Positions 9,716 to 21,965 are shown, counted from the first letter of the stretch. The stretch is DNA of 64,000 nt from an uncultured Bacteroidia bacterium (GCA_902789445.1 CADAOB010000022.1:26-64025), one strand, 5' to 3'. Program-made: numbers and translations. Notes: generated by a model from the letters alone, not told the origin.

Positions 9716-11929
9716 ATGAAATGTTCCCGATTCCTGGCCGTGCTGTTGCCGGCCGTCCTGTTTCTGACTGCCTGTTCGAGCGAGCCGCGCAGCGAGGCGG
9801 ACGCGTATGTCAATTTCCTCTATGCCTCGATGCCGCATCCTGACCTGGCGGCGCATCCGCTGGACTTCTGGCTGACCAATGTAGAGAAAACACTGGAAGT
9901 CAGGGAAAAAATGAATTGGGACATTCCCGAGCGGGAATTCCGGCACTTTGTGCTGCCGCTGCGGGTCAACAACGAGCCGCTCGACGATTTCCGGACCTTG
10001 TATGCCGATACGCTCTGCGCCCGCGTACAGGGGATGACCCTGGAAGAAGCGGCCTTGGAAATCAACCACTGGTGTCACGAGATGGCGACATATCAACCGT
10101 CGGATGGCCGGACCTCGTCGCCGCTACAGACCATCCGGCGCGGCGTGGGACGCTGCGGTGAGGAATCGGTGCTGGCCGTGGCGGCGCTGCGGGCGGCGGG
10201 CATTCCCGCCCGGCAGGTCTATACGCCGCGCTGGGCCCACACCGACGACAACCACGCCTGGGTGGAGGTCTATGTGGACGGGAAATGGCAATTCATGGGC
10301 GCCTGCGAACCGGAGCCCCGGCTCAATATGGCCTGGTTTACCGGCCCCGTGTCCCGTGCGCTGATCCTGCATACGAAAGTATTCGGTGACTATCACGGCG
10401 ATGAAGACGTTATCCGGCGGACCCCCTGCTATACGGAAATCAATGTCATCTGCGGCTATGTGCCGGCCCGGCGCAGCGTCGTGACGGTCGTGGATGCGGC
10501 CGGCAAGCCGGTGGCCGGGGCCCGTGTGGAGTTCAAGATCTATAATTACGGCGAATACTATACGGTGGCTGCTTACCAGACCGACCGGAACGGTCAGGCT
10601 GCCCTTGACATGGGCTGCGGCGACATGGTGGCCTGGGCTTCAAAGGACGATCGTTTCGGCCTGGCCGTGATCGACGGCGAGGCTGTATCCGTGACGCTCG
10701 GCCACAGGATTGGTGAGGCGTTCAGCCTGGACCTGGACATCGTTCCACCTGCTGAGAACCCGCTGCCCTCCGGCGCGACCGAGGCGGAGGTGGCCCGCAA
10801 CGCGGAGCGGCTCCGCTTCGAAGATGCTTTCCGGGAGGCTCGTCCCAAAGGGAATACGGCCGTGACCGGCGCTTTTCTTGCGGCGCACGATGACCCTGCG
10901 GCGCGGGCGCTCCTTGCCTCGCTTTCCGCCAAGGATACGGGCGACGTGACTGCGGAGGTACTGGAAGATGCTTACGCACATATCGATGGCCCCTTCCGTC
11001 CGCTGCGCGATTGCCCGCGGGTGGAGCTGGAGCCGCTCAAACCCTTCTTCGCGGAACTGGGCGATGCGCTGTCGTTGTCTTCCCGCGAGGAAGTGGCCGC
11101 CTGGGTGGAGAAGAACATCGAGCTGGACACGGAACGCAACCCGCAGGAACTGCGGATGGCGCCCATCGATGTCTGGCGGAGCCGGAAGGCCGATGCCCGG
11201 AACCGGGATATCTTCTTCGTAGCCTTATGCCGGGCCATGGGGCTGGAAGCGGAACTGGATGCACTCACCGGCGGTACACAGCTGGTAGCACAACCCCGGG
11301 GCCGGCTCGCGGTCTCGCTGGAAGGCGGCGGTGATCCGGAGTACTACCATCATTTCACGCTTGCCCGGATTGAAGACGGAACGGCAAAGCTCTTGACTTT
11401 TGACGAAGATTCCGACCACAACCCCTGGACGAAAGTCTTTCCGCTGTCGCTCGACGCGGGTTATTATATGCTGACTTCCGGCACGCGCCTGGCCGACGGC
11501 AGTGTCCTTTCCCACGCGGAATTCTTCCCGGTACCAGCCGACGCTGACACGGAGGTGCCGCTGGTGATGCGCAGCGCGGAAAACCGGATCTCGGTGCTGG
11601 GCACGATGGATGCCGACCGTTTCCTGCCGCAGACCGGCCGCGGCTTCTACCTGCTGGCCGTCCTGGGTGAACGCGACGAGCCGTCGGTCCATGCGAAGCG
11701 GCAATTGGAAGCGCTCGCGCTGGTACTGAAAGAATGGGGCAGGCCGGTGCTGCTTGAAAAAGATGAGGACGGTTCCATCCTGGAGATGCTCTGCGCCGGC
11801 TGCAAGAGCGAATCCCGCCAAAAGCCCGTCGTCACGATCTGCGACAGCTTCGGCCGCATCGTCTATTTCTCCCAGGGTTACAACACCTCGCTGGCCGAAG
11901 ATATCAAACGTATCCTTCCACAGTTATGA
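9716..11929 (+). CDS. Transglutaminase-fold (PNGase-like core) lipoprotein, paralog 2
   Basis: The lipoprotein signal is MKCSRFLAVLLPAVLFLTAC. The core reads GRCGEESVLAVAALRAAGIPAR...NHAWVEVYVDGKWQFMGACEPEP. The protein is colinear with paralog 1 and starts 2 nt after its stop. Confidence 0.88.
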   Translation: MKCSRFLAVLLPAVLFLTACSSEPRSEADAYVNFLYASMPHPDLAAHPLDFWLTNVEKTLEVREKMNWDIPEREFRHFVLPLRVNNEPLDDFRTLYADTLCARVQGMTLEEAALEINHWCHEMATYQPSDGRTSSPLQTIRRGVGRCGEESVLAVAALRAAGIPARQVYTPRWAHTDDNHAWVEVYVDGKWQFMGACEPEPRLNMAWFTGPVSRALILHTKVFGDYHGDEDVIRRTPCYTEINVICGYVPARRSVVTVVDAAGKPVAGARVEFKIYNYGEYYTVAAYQTDRNGQAALDMGCGDMVAWASKDDRFGLAVIDGEAVSVTLGHRIGEAFSLDLDIVPPAENPLPSGATEAEVARNAERLRFEDAFREARPKGNTAVTGAFLAAHDDPAARALLASLSAKDTGDVTAEVLEDAYAHIDGPFRPLRDCPRVELEPLKPFFAELGDALSLSSREEVAAWVEKNIELDTERNPQELRMAPIDVWRSRKADARNRDIFFVALCRAMGLEAELDALTGGTQLVAQPRGRLAVSLEGGGDPEYYHHFTLARIEDGTAKLLTFDEDSDHNPWTKVFPLSLDAGYYMLTSGTRLADGSVLSHAEFFPVPADADTEVPLVMRSAENRISVLGTMDADRFLPQTGRGFYLLAVLGERDEPSVHAKRQLEALALVLKEWGRPVLLEKDEDGSILEMLCAGCKSESRQKPVVTICDSFGRIVYFSQGYNTSLAEDIKRILPQL

Positions 11930-12041
11930 TCGTACCCGGTTTCAGCAACCGCTATCCCAAGGGGGATGACGATTACCTCTGGTCCTACGCCGACTGCAAT
12001 CCCCGTCCGGACGATCCCGTCATTCCCGGCTCCGACCGTGA

Positions 12042-12069
12042 CGTCATGCCCGGCCCCGACCGGGCATCT
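12042..12069 (-). repeat. 27/28-nt REP-like hairpin, inverted copy, with a partial copy at 12018..12038
   Basis: CGTCATGCCCGGCCCCGACCGGGCATCT compares with the reverse complement of the 15349 and 30039 copies, CGTCATTCCCGGCTTGACCGGGAATCT. The stem change T>G is matched by A>C. Confidence 0.7.
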
Positions 12070-12828
12070 CTCCTCCTCGAAACCTGCTGCACCACCCTCG
12101 ACGAAGCCCTCTCGGCCCAGTCCCGCGGCGCCGGCCGCATCGAACTCTGCGCCGACCTTTCCGTCGGCGGCGTGACTCCGCCCCGCGACCTCATCCGCGA
12201 GGTTGTCGCGTCTCTTACGATTCCCGTCAATGTGCTTATACGGCCCGTCGTTCCGGGATGTTCCCTCCCGGGACGTCGCGCTCCGCGCGACCCCTCCCAA
12301 GCGAGCTTGGGCCCCTCCCTCTTACAGTGCCGAGGGTGGCATGGTCCCTGGAGGGAACATCCCGAAACGACGGGAACAGACATCAGAGGGGGGTTTTCAT
12401 TGGCAGACTTCGTGTATGACGAAGCGGCGTTGCAGCAGATGATGGACGATATCGCCTTTTGCAAGTCGGTGGGTGCAGCCGGCATTGTCGTCGGAGCGTT
12501 GACGCCGGAAGGCGCCATCGACCTTCCGGCGATGCGGCGGCTGGTCGCCGCCGCCCGTCCGCTCCCCGTCACCTTCCACCGTGCCTTCGACGTCAGTACC
12601 AGCGATCCCTTCACGGCCCTCGACGAGATTGCCGCCCTCGGCTGCGCCCGGCTGCTCAGTTCCGGCCGGAAACCGACGGCCTGGGAAGGCCGCGACCTGC
12701 TCGCTGCGATGGTCGGCCGGGTTCCGTCGCTTGTCATTATGCCCGGAAGCGGAATAACGGCCGCCAATCTTTCCGATCTGGCGGCCGTTACAAAGGCCCG
12801 TGAATTCCACGGGACACGGATTCCTTAA
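12046..12828 (+). CDS. cutC: CutC family protein carrying an extra segment of about 46-50 aa
   Basis: LLLETCCTTLDEALSAQSRGAGRIELCADLSVGGVTP...IPVNVLIRP then an insert, then RGG(FSLA)DFVYDE...VTFHRAFD. The CutC pattern IRPRGGDF is split by the insert. The start at ATG 12046 is chosen from the normal CutC N-terminal length, and the track start at 11926 is probably too early. Confidence 0.8.
   Translation: MPGPDRASLLLETCCTTLDEALSAQSRGAGRIELCADLSVGGVTPPRDLIREVVASLTIPVNVLIRPVVPGCSLPGRRAPRDPSQASLGPSLLQCRGWHGPWREHPETTGTDIRGGFSLADFVYDEAALQQMMDDIAFCKSVGAAGIVVGALTPEGAIDLPAMRRLVAAARPLPVTFHRAFDVSTSDPFTALDEIAALGCARLLSSGRKPTAWEGRDLLAAMVGRVPSLVIMPGSGITAANLSDLAAVTKAREFHGTRIP
12246..12372. mobile_element. 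127-bp palindromic insertion inside the cutC reading frame
   Basis: The arms are CGTCGTTCCGGGATGTTCCCTCC (12246-12268) and GGAGGGAACATCCCGAAACGACG (12350-12372), matching at 22 of 23 positions and extendable to about 29 bp with mismatches. The 81-nt core contains hairpins GTCGCGC-tcc-GCGCGAC and CCCAAGC-ga-GCTTGGG. Confidence 0.7.
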
Positions 12829-12835
12829 AGCGTCG

Positions 12836-14215
12836 CTATTCTTCCACGAAGCGTACGATCATATCGAACAGACGGTCAAAGTTTTCGTCGCGGGTGTTCT
12901 GGTAGGTGTCGCGCGGGGTGTGGTAGTGCTGGATGATCGAACCGATCGTCTCGAAGTAGATGCCCGGGACGCCTTTCTGGGCGAAGGAGAAGTGGTCGCT
13001 GTCGTCGTTCATCTCCTCCATGACCAGGTCGAAGGGTGCCTTCGATGCGGCGTTGATCTGGCGGAAGCGCTCCAGGCCGGCTTCGCCGCCCGGCGTGATC
13101 TGCGTAGCCAGATGGTCGCTGTCGTCAGCCACCATGTCCAGGTCGATCAGATATTCGATTTTGTCAAGCGGCCGGCGCGGATTCTCGCAGTAGAAGAAAG
13201 AACCCAGCAGATTCTCCTCTTCGGCATCGACCAGGATGAACTGGATGCCGTGGCGCGGCCGGTGCTTGCTGAAATACTTGGCCAGCGTCACCACCATCGC
13301 GGAGCCCGATCCGTTGTCGTTCGCGCCCGGGAATACCTGGTCGGCACCCATATAACCCAGATGGTCGTAGTGCGCGATGAAGGTATAATAGGTGTCGCAG
13401 GAGGGGTCGGTGCCGGGCAGCCAGGCCACGACGTTGTGGGCGTCGCGGGTCGGGAGCATTTCGGCGTCGAGATGCAGCTCGATTTCGCGGGCGTCGTCCG
13501 GGAAGGACTTGTTCACGAACAGGACGGGGCACTTGCCCTGGTAGTAGGTGCGGGCCTTGAAATAGGGGAACTGCTCCTCCTGCCGGAGGATGATGCCGCC
13601 GATGTTCTCAAGTTCCGTGAGCCAGGGTTTGTACTTGTCGAATGGATCGGGACGCACCGTTTCCAGGTAGCGGTTCCAGTCGATGACCACGAACTGGTCG
13701 CGGTACAGGCCGCTGCTGAGGTGTTCCATGAAACCTTCCCGCCGGTAGGCCTCTTCATCGAGGTACGTGACTTTGAAGAAGCCGTGGCAGGCCGGAGAAA
13801 ACTCCTTGACGGTATAGTCGAAGGTCGGGGCATAAGATACGCCGTCCACGGAGAGCGACATCGCGCCCCGCATCACGTTCATCGGGAACTGGAAATGCTG
13901 CAGGTACGGGAGATACTTCTCCTTGCCTTCAACCAAGTTCCAGCGGCCCTCGTCACCCGGTTCCACCAGGCTCTTGAGATACGGGCGGACGGACTGGTCC
14001 TCGGGACCGGCCGCCTCGCAGGGCACGATGCCCTCGAAGGAGGCAAGCTGGTCGATGAGATATTTGGCGGCCCGGACGTCGCCGTCGCCATAGACGCTGC
14101 GTCCGTTGTAGCGTTCACTGGAGATCTCCTCCAGCACGCTGTTGTAATAGGCCCGGTAGTCGGTACATCCGACCAGGGCAAGCGCGCAGGCCATCACTGC
14201 CAGAAAACGTTTCAT
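12836..14215 (-). CDS. M28 family aminopeptidase lipoprotein
   Basis: The signal is MKRFLAVMACALALVGC. The M28 core reads FIAHYDHLGYMG...PGANDNGSGSAMVVTLAKYF...FILVDAEEENLLGS. Confidence 0.88.
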   Translation of the reverse strand: MKRFLAVMACALALVGCTDYRAYYNSVLEEISSERYNGRSVYGDGDVRAAKYLIDQLASFEGIVPCEAAGPEDQSVRPYLKSLVEPGDEGRWNLVEGKEKYLPYLQHFQFPMNVMRGAMSLSVDGVSYAPTFDYTVKEFSPACHGFFKVTYLDEEAYRREGFMEHLSSGLYRDQFVVIDWNRYLETVRPDPFDKYKPWLTELENIGGIILRQEEQFPYFKARTYYQGKCPVLFVNKSFPDDAREIELHLDAEMLPTRDAHNVVAWLPGTDPSCDTYYTFIAHYDHLGYMGADQVFPGANDNGSGSAMVVTLAKYFSKHRPRHGIQFILVDAEEENLLGSFFYCENPRRPLDKIEYLIDLDMVADDSDHLATQITPGGEAGLERFRQINAASKAPFDLVMEEMNDDSDHFSFAQKGVPGIYFETIGSIIQHYHTPRDTYQNTRDENFDRLFDMIVRFVEE

Positions 14216-14224
14216 GGTGCAGGA

Positions 14225-15319
14225 TTATTTACCGAGGGCTTCGGCCACGGTCGTGTACATCGATTCGCCGCGGAGCACTTCGCCGCGTTTGTAGATGGTT
14301 CCGTCGGGTGCGAAGAGAATCATCGTCGGGATGCCGAGGATGCCGTATTTGTCGGTCGGGGTCTTGTCTTCACCCACGAAGATCTGCGTCCACTTCATCT
14401 CCTTCTCTTTCATGCGCTCGGCGCTTGCGGTGTTGTCACCGTCCCAGACGGCCACGCCAAGGACCATGAAATCCTTGCCTTCAAACGCATCGTAAACCTT
14501 CTTGATGTTGGGGATCTCGCCCATGCAGGGACCGCACCAGGATGCCCAGAAATCGGTGAGCACCCATTTGCCCTTGCCTACATAGTCGGACAGCTTGACA
14601 TCGGCGCCTTCCGGGCTCTTGCCCGAAAAGTCCACGAACGGCTTGCCTTCGGCCGTGGCAACTTCGGCTTCCTTGCCGGAAACGATGCTGCTGATCGCTT
14701 CGTCGTTCGCCAGGAACGCCGATTTGCCGAGGATGTCCTTCAGCTCATCGAGCGAGAGGTCGTAGATCACGTTCATCAGGCCGGCGCGGGCGATGAAGTT
14801 GTCCGGATTGTTCTTGATGGCGTCCATGCTCAGGTCCTTGACCTTGGCCATCGTCTCTTCGTACATCTTTTCGGCTTCAGCTTCGGCTTCTTCCGGGAGG
14901 GCAGAGGCTTTCTCACGGTATTCGTCGAACAGTTCGTCAGTCTTCTCGCTGAAGTCCTTGTACGCTTTGTTCAGGGCCGATCCTTCGAGGGCGCAGTCTT
15001 TCTGCTCGGGGCCGAAGGTCAGGTTGAACGTACCTTTCTCAGGGATGACGGGGCAGATCCAGGAACGGTCGCGGGGCGAACGGTCGCGGTAGTTGGTGCA
15101 GAGGACATACTGTTTCTGCGGGTCGGCCGGTACCTTGAACGAGAAGGTGCCGTTGACCACGGCGGTGGAATCGATGACGTCGCGGCCGTCAATCAGGTAG
15201 ATGAGCGTGTTCTCGGGGAAAGTGGCGCCGTCGGCGATTTTGCCTTTCAGCGTCGTGGTGTCCTTGCCGCAGGAAGCGACGATCACCAGGACGAGGAGGG
15301 AAAAGAAAATTTTTTTCAT
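14225..15319 (-). CDS. TlpA-family thiol:disulfide oxidoreductase lipoprotein (thioredoxin fold)
   Basis: The signal is MKKIFFSLLVLVIVASC. The redox motif is FWASWCGPCMGEIPNIKKVY and the C-terminus is redoxin-like. Confidence 0.88.
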   Translation of the reverse strand: MKKIFFSLLVLVIVASCGKDTTTLKGKIADGATFPENTLIYLIDGRDVIDSTAVVNGTFSFKVPADPQKQYVLCTNYRDRSPRDRSWICPVIPEKGTFNLTFGPEQKDCALEGSALNKAYKDFSEKTDELFDEYREKASALPEEAEAEAEKMYEETMAKVKDLSMDAIKNNPDNFIARAGLMNVIYDLSLDELKDILGKSAFLANDEAISSIVSGKEAEVATAEGKPFVDFSGKSPEGADVKLSDYVGKGKWVLTDFWASWCGPCMGEIPNIKKVYDAFEGKDFMVLGVAVWDGDNTASAERMKEKEMKWTQIFVGEDKTPTDKYGILGIPTMILFAPDGTIYKRGEVLRGESMYTTVAEALGK

Positions 15320-15348
15320 GGTAGTATTTTTTTATATGTTTCGTTTTC

Positions 15349-15375
15349 AGATTCCCGGTCAAGCCGGGAATGACG
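15349..15375 (+). repeat. 27-nt REP-like hairpin
   Basis: AGATTCCCGGTCAAGCCGGGAATGACG lies 7 nt downstream of the atpG stop. It matches the copy at 30039 at 26 of 27 positions. Confidence 0.75.
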
Positions 15376-15381
15376 CGGGGC

Positions 15382-16257
15382 TTATGCCAGGCTGCCGCCT
15401 ACAATGTCGAGCAGTTCGCTCGTGATAGCCTGCTGGCGGCGTTTGTTGTATTCGAGCGTAAGCTGCTCGAGCAGTTCGTCGGCATTGTCGCTGGCCATCT
15501 GCATGGCCACGGTGCGGGCTGCCTGCTCGGCGGCGTAACTGTCCATCAGGACGGTGTATATCTTGAGCCGGAGCACTTTGGGGAGAAGCGACTCCAGCAC
15601 CTCTTTCTTGCCCGGTTCGACGATGAGGTCTTCCGTTCCGGCTGTCTCTCCGATTTCGGGCAGGGCCAGCGGAAGATAGGTCTCGCGGACGGGCGGCTGC
15701 GATGCGTTGGACTTGTAGTGGTTGTAGAGCAGGACGATGCGTCCGACACGGCCCTGCTCGAACTGCTCGACCAATGTCCGGGCCAATCCGGCGGCGGGCT
15801 CGTAGGACGGTTTGTCAAGCAGGTGCGAGGCGTCTTGCGCAGCGGCCAGACCGATTTTCCGTCCAGCTTCGGCAACCTTGCGTCCGACCGGATAGAAATC
15901 GATGTCTGCGAGCGTAAGTCCCTCTTCCTGGAGCGTTTCCATTTCGCCCAGCAGGGACTTGACGGCCGTGGTGTTGAAGCCGCCGCAGAGGGAACTGTTG
16001 GACGAGAAGGCTACCAGGGCTACGCGGCGGCTGCTGCCGGCCGTCAGCAGGGGAGAGTCCAGCGCGGCACGTACGCTGCTGTCGGAGAGCACGTCCTCCA
16101 GGATTTCCTGCAGTTTCTGCTGGTAAGGGACCATGTTCCCGATGGCCTGCTGGGCCCGGTGCAACTTGGCGGCCGCGACCATTTTCATCGCAGCGGTAAT
16201 CTGCAAAGTGCTTTTGACCGAAGCAATCCGGGTCTTTGTCTCCTTGAGCGAGGCCAT
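15382..16257 (-). CDS. atpG: F0F1 ATP synthase subunit gamma
   Basis: MASLKETKTRIASVKSTLQITAAMKMVAAAKL matches the gamma subunit, and the operon position fits. Confidence 0.95.
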   Translation of the reverse strand: MASLKETKTRIASVKSTLQITAAMKMVAAAKLHRAQQAIGNMVPYQQKLQEILEDVLSDSSVRAALDSPLLTAGSSRRVALVAFSSNSSLCGGFNTTAVKSLLGEMETLQEEGLTLADIDFYPVGRKVAEAGRKIGLAAAQDASHLLDKPSYEPAAGLARTLVEQFEQGRVGRIVLLYNHYKSNASQPPVRETYLPLALPEIGETAGTEDLIVEPGKKEVLESLLPKVLRLKIYTVLMDSYAAEQAARTVAMQMASDNADELLEQLTLEYNKRRQQAITSELLDIVGGSLA

Positions 16258-16259
16258 GG

Positions 16260-17849
16260 CTATGCGTTGTTGAGGGCCGTGACGATGTCGGCGGCGACGC
16301 GCTCGATGGTATCGGTGATGACCTTGTCGATTTTGCCCTTGCCCAGCGGATCCAGCACGTCGGCGCGGTGCTCCGCACGCATTTCTGCCAGAAATTGTCT
16401 CTGGAAATCAGGCACTTTCGACAGAGGAATGTCTTTCATCAGGGCGTTCGTGCCGCAGTAGAGGATGGCGACCTGTTCACCCACGGGCATCGGGCTGTAC
16501 TGCGGCTGGATGAGCAGCACGTTGTTCTTGCGTCCCTTGTCGATGGTCAGGCTGGTGACGGTATCCATGTCGCTGGAGAACTTGGTGAAGGACTCCAGCT
16601 CGCGGTACTGGGCCTGGTCGATCTTCAAGGTACCGGCCACCTTCTTCATACTCTTGACCTGGGCGCTGCCGCCCACACGCGACACGCTGATACCCACGTT
16701 GATGGCCGGACGGAATCCCTGGTTGAACAGGTCGGTCTCCAGGAAGATCTGGCCGTCGGTGATGGAGATCACGTTGGTGGGGATGTAGGCCGACACGTCG
16801 CCGGCCTGGGTTTCGATGATCGGCAGGGCGGTCAGCGAACCGCCGCCGCGGACCTTGCCCTTGAGGCTTTCCGGCAGGTCGTTCATCTGCTCGGCCACTT
16901 CCTCCTGGTCGATGATCCTGGCGGCGCGCTCCAGCAGGCGGGAGTGCAGGTAGAAAATGTCGCCCGGATAGGCTTCGCGGCCGGAAGGGCGGCGCAGGAT
17001 CAGGGATACTTCGCGGTAGGCCACGGCCTGTTTGGAGAGGTCGTCATAGACCACCAGGGCGTGGCGTCCCGTGTCGCGGAAATATTCGCCGATGGCAGCG
17101 CCGGCGAACGGCGCGTAGTATTGGAGCGCCGCCGGTTCGGCGGCTGTGGCGGCCACCACGATGGTGTAGTCCATCGCCCCTTTCTCCCGGAGGGTGTTCA
17201 CGATGCTGGCCACGGTCGAACCTTTCTGGCCGATGGCTACATAGATGCAATAGACGGGTTTCCCCGCCTCGAAGTTCGCACGCTGGTTGATGATCGTATC
17301 GATGGCGATGGCAGTCTTGCCGGTCTGGCGGTCACCGATGATCAGCTCGCGCTGGCCCCGACCGATGGGGATCATCGCATCGACAGCCTTCAGGCCGGTC
17401 TGCAGGGGCTCGTTCACCGGCTGGCGGAAGATCACGCCGGGCGCCTTGCGTTCGAGCGGCATCTCGGTGAGTTCGCCGACGATTTCGCCCTGTCCGTCGA
17501 TGGGCTGGCCGAGCGGATTGACCACGCGTCCGACCATCTTTTCACCCACCCGGATGGAGGCGATATGACCGGTGCGGCGCGCCGTCATCCCTTCCTTCAC
17601 CTTTTCGGTGGAGCCCAGCAGCACGGCGCCGACATTGTCGGCCTCGAGGTTCATCACCACGGCCATCACGCCGCTGTCGAACTCGATCAGTTCGCCGGCC
17701 TCGGCATTGGTCAGGCCATAGAGCCGAACCACGCCGTCGTGGACCTGGAGCACTTGTCCGACTTCGTCGTATTTTGCGTCGATGTTGATGTCGTGCAGCT
17801 GCTTGAGCAGCACTTCGGAGATTTCACTTGCTTTCAGATTGTCAACCAT
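16260..17849 (-). CDS. atpA: F0F1 ATP synthase subunit alpha
   Basis: The P-loop [18 protein letters not shown] is present, and the 529-aa protein is alpha-like throughout. Confidence 0.97.
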   Translation of the reverse strand: MVDNLKASEISEVLLKQLHDINIDAKYDEVGQVLQVHDGVVRLYGLTNAEAGELIEFDSGVMAVVMNLEADNVGAVLLGSTEKVKEGMTARRTGHIASIRVGEKMVGRVVNPLGQPIDGQGEIVGELTEMPLERKAPGVIFRQPVNEPLQTGLKAVDAMIPIGRGQRELIIGDRQTGKTAIAIDTIINQRANFEAGKPVYCIYVAIGQKGSTVASIVNTLREKGAMDYTIVVAATAAEPAALQYYAPFAGAAIGEYFRDTGRHALVVYDDLSKQAVAYREVSLILRRPSGREAYPGDIFYLHSRLLERAARIIDQEEVAEQMNDLPESLKGKVRGGGSLTALPIIETQAGDVSAYIPTNVISITDGQIFLETDLFNQGFRPAINVGISVSRVGGSAQVKSMKKVAGTLKIDQAQYRELESFTKFSSDMDTVTSLTIDKGRKNNVLLIQPQYSPMPVGEQVAILYCGTNALMKDIPLSKVPDFQRQFLAEMRAEHRADVLDPLGKGKIDKVITDTIERVAADIVTALNNA

Positions 17850-18345
17850 TGTTGCGGATTTTTCTGTTTTGTTCTTCCCATTCCTTGCGAATGGTGCGCA
17901 GTTGTGTGGCGATCGAGGCGTCGAGGCGCTTGTCCTCGACCTGGAGGATGAAGCCGCCGATCAGCCCGGGATCCACCTCGGTCTTGAAGTCCACCTGGGT
18001 GAAGCCCTGGGCCTGCATCAGCGTCCGGAGCTTGCCGGCCAGTTGCGGCTCTTCCGCCGCCGTAGTGAGCAGTGCCTGGGTAATGCCTTTTTCCTTGCGG
18101 TAATACACGCGGAAGACGCGCAGGATCTCCGGCAGGAATTCCACGCGTTTGTTGCGGATGACCAGGGTGAGGAACTTCTGCATCGGCTCTGAAGCGGCGG
18201 CGATGCAGGCTGTAAGCTGCTGGTCGTTGCCGAGCGCATGGCGGATGGCCCCGGCCTCTTCATAGAGGCGGTCTTCCATCTGCTTTTCCTGGGCGAAGCG
18301 CATCAGTGCGTTCGCGTAGCGGGATGCAATCAGTCCGGCATTCAT
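17842..18345 (-). CDS. atpH: F0F1 ATP synthase subunit delta (OSCP)
   Basis: The gene sits between atpF and atp[14 protein letters not shown] is the typical delta N-terminus. Confidence 0.85.
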   Translation of the reverse strand: MNAGLIASRYANALMRFAQEKQMEDRLYEEAGAIRHALGNDQQLTACIAAASEPMQKFLTLVIRNKRVEFLPEILRVFRVYYRKEKGITQALLTTAAEEPQLAGKLRTLMQAQGFTQVDFKTEVDPGLIGGFILQVEDKRLDASIATQLRTIRKEWEEQNRKIRNNG

Positions 18346-18356
18346 CTTTCTTCAGC

Positions 18357-18866
18357 TCAGTTCACGTTCTGGTGGTTGCGGCGGGCTTCCTCGATCATCC
18401 GGTCAATCAGTTCGCTCTGCCGCTCCGTGGAGTTGAGATGGCCGCGGAGCAGTTTTTCGGCCACTTCGACCGAGAGGTTGGTCACCTCGTCGGCGAGCTG
18501 GCGCCGGGCGGTTCCCGTTTCGATGCGGATGTCTTCCCGGGCCTGCTCGATCATGGCGGCCGTCTGCACACGGGCCTGCTCGCGGGCGTCAGCGATGATC
18601 TTGTCCCCGGCGGTAGCCGCTTCGTTGAGGATCCGGGCCTGTTCCTTGCGGGTCTGGTCGATCAGCTTTTTCTGTTCCCGGGCGAGTTTCTTCACTTCAT
18701 TGCGGGCGGCTTCGGCTTCCTTGAGCGATTTTTCGATGCTCTCGGAGCGTTTCTTGACCATTCCCGTAATCATCGGGAATCCGAACTTCGCCAGGATGAA
18801 GAACACGATGGCGAAGATCAGCGTCATCCAGAAAAGGAGGCCGAAATCCGGTGTGATGAGCGACAT
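18357..18866 (-). CDS. atpF: F0F1 ATP synthase subunit b
   Basis: One N-terminal TM helix is followed by a long charged helix. The operon position fits. Confidence 0.88.
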   Translation of the reverse strand: MSLITPDFGLLFWMTLIFAIVFFILAKFGFPMITGMVKKRSESIEKSLKEAEAARNEVKKLAREQKKLIDQTRKEQARILNEAATAGDKIIADAREQARVQTAAMIEQAREDIRIETGTARRQLADEVTNLSVEVAEKLLRGHLNSTERQSELIDRMIEEARRNHQNVN

Positions 18867-18879
18867 ACGCTGTGACGGA

Positions 18880-21928
<3,049 letters not shown>

Positions 21929-21965
21929 CTTGGATTCGGGTCTTTCAGAAGTTTGAATCAATCTA

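Noticed and set aside
11926-12045. An upstream extension of cutC from the track start at 11926.
   Set aside because: CutC homologues start only a few residues before LE.CC. The extension overlaps the REP-like hairpin copies and the stop of the preceding gene, so ATG 12046 is preferred. I cannot exclude the longer form.
12800-15373. An 857-aa ORF on the + strand.
   Set aside because: It lies entirely antisense to the well-supported M28 peptidase and TlpA-like genes. It has low-complexity, Val/Gly/Arg/Asp-rich composition typical of shadow ORFs in high-GC DNA, and I recognised no family.
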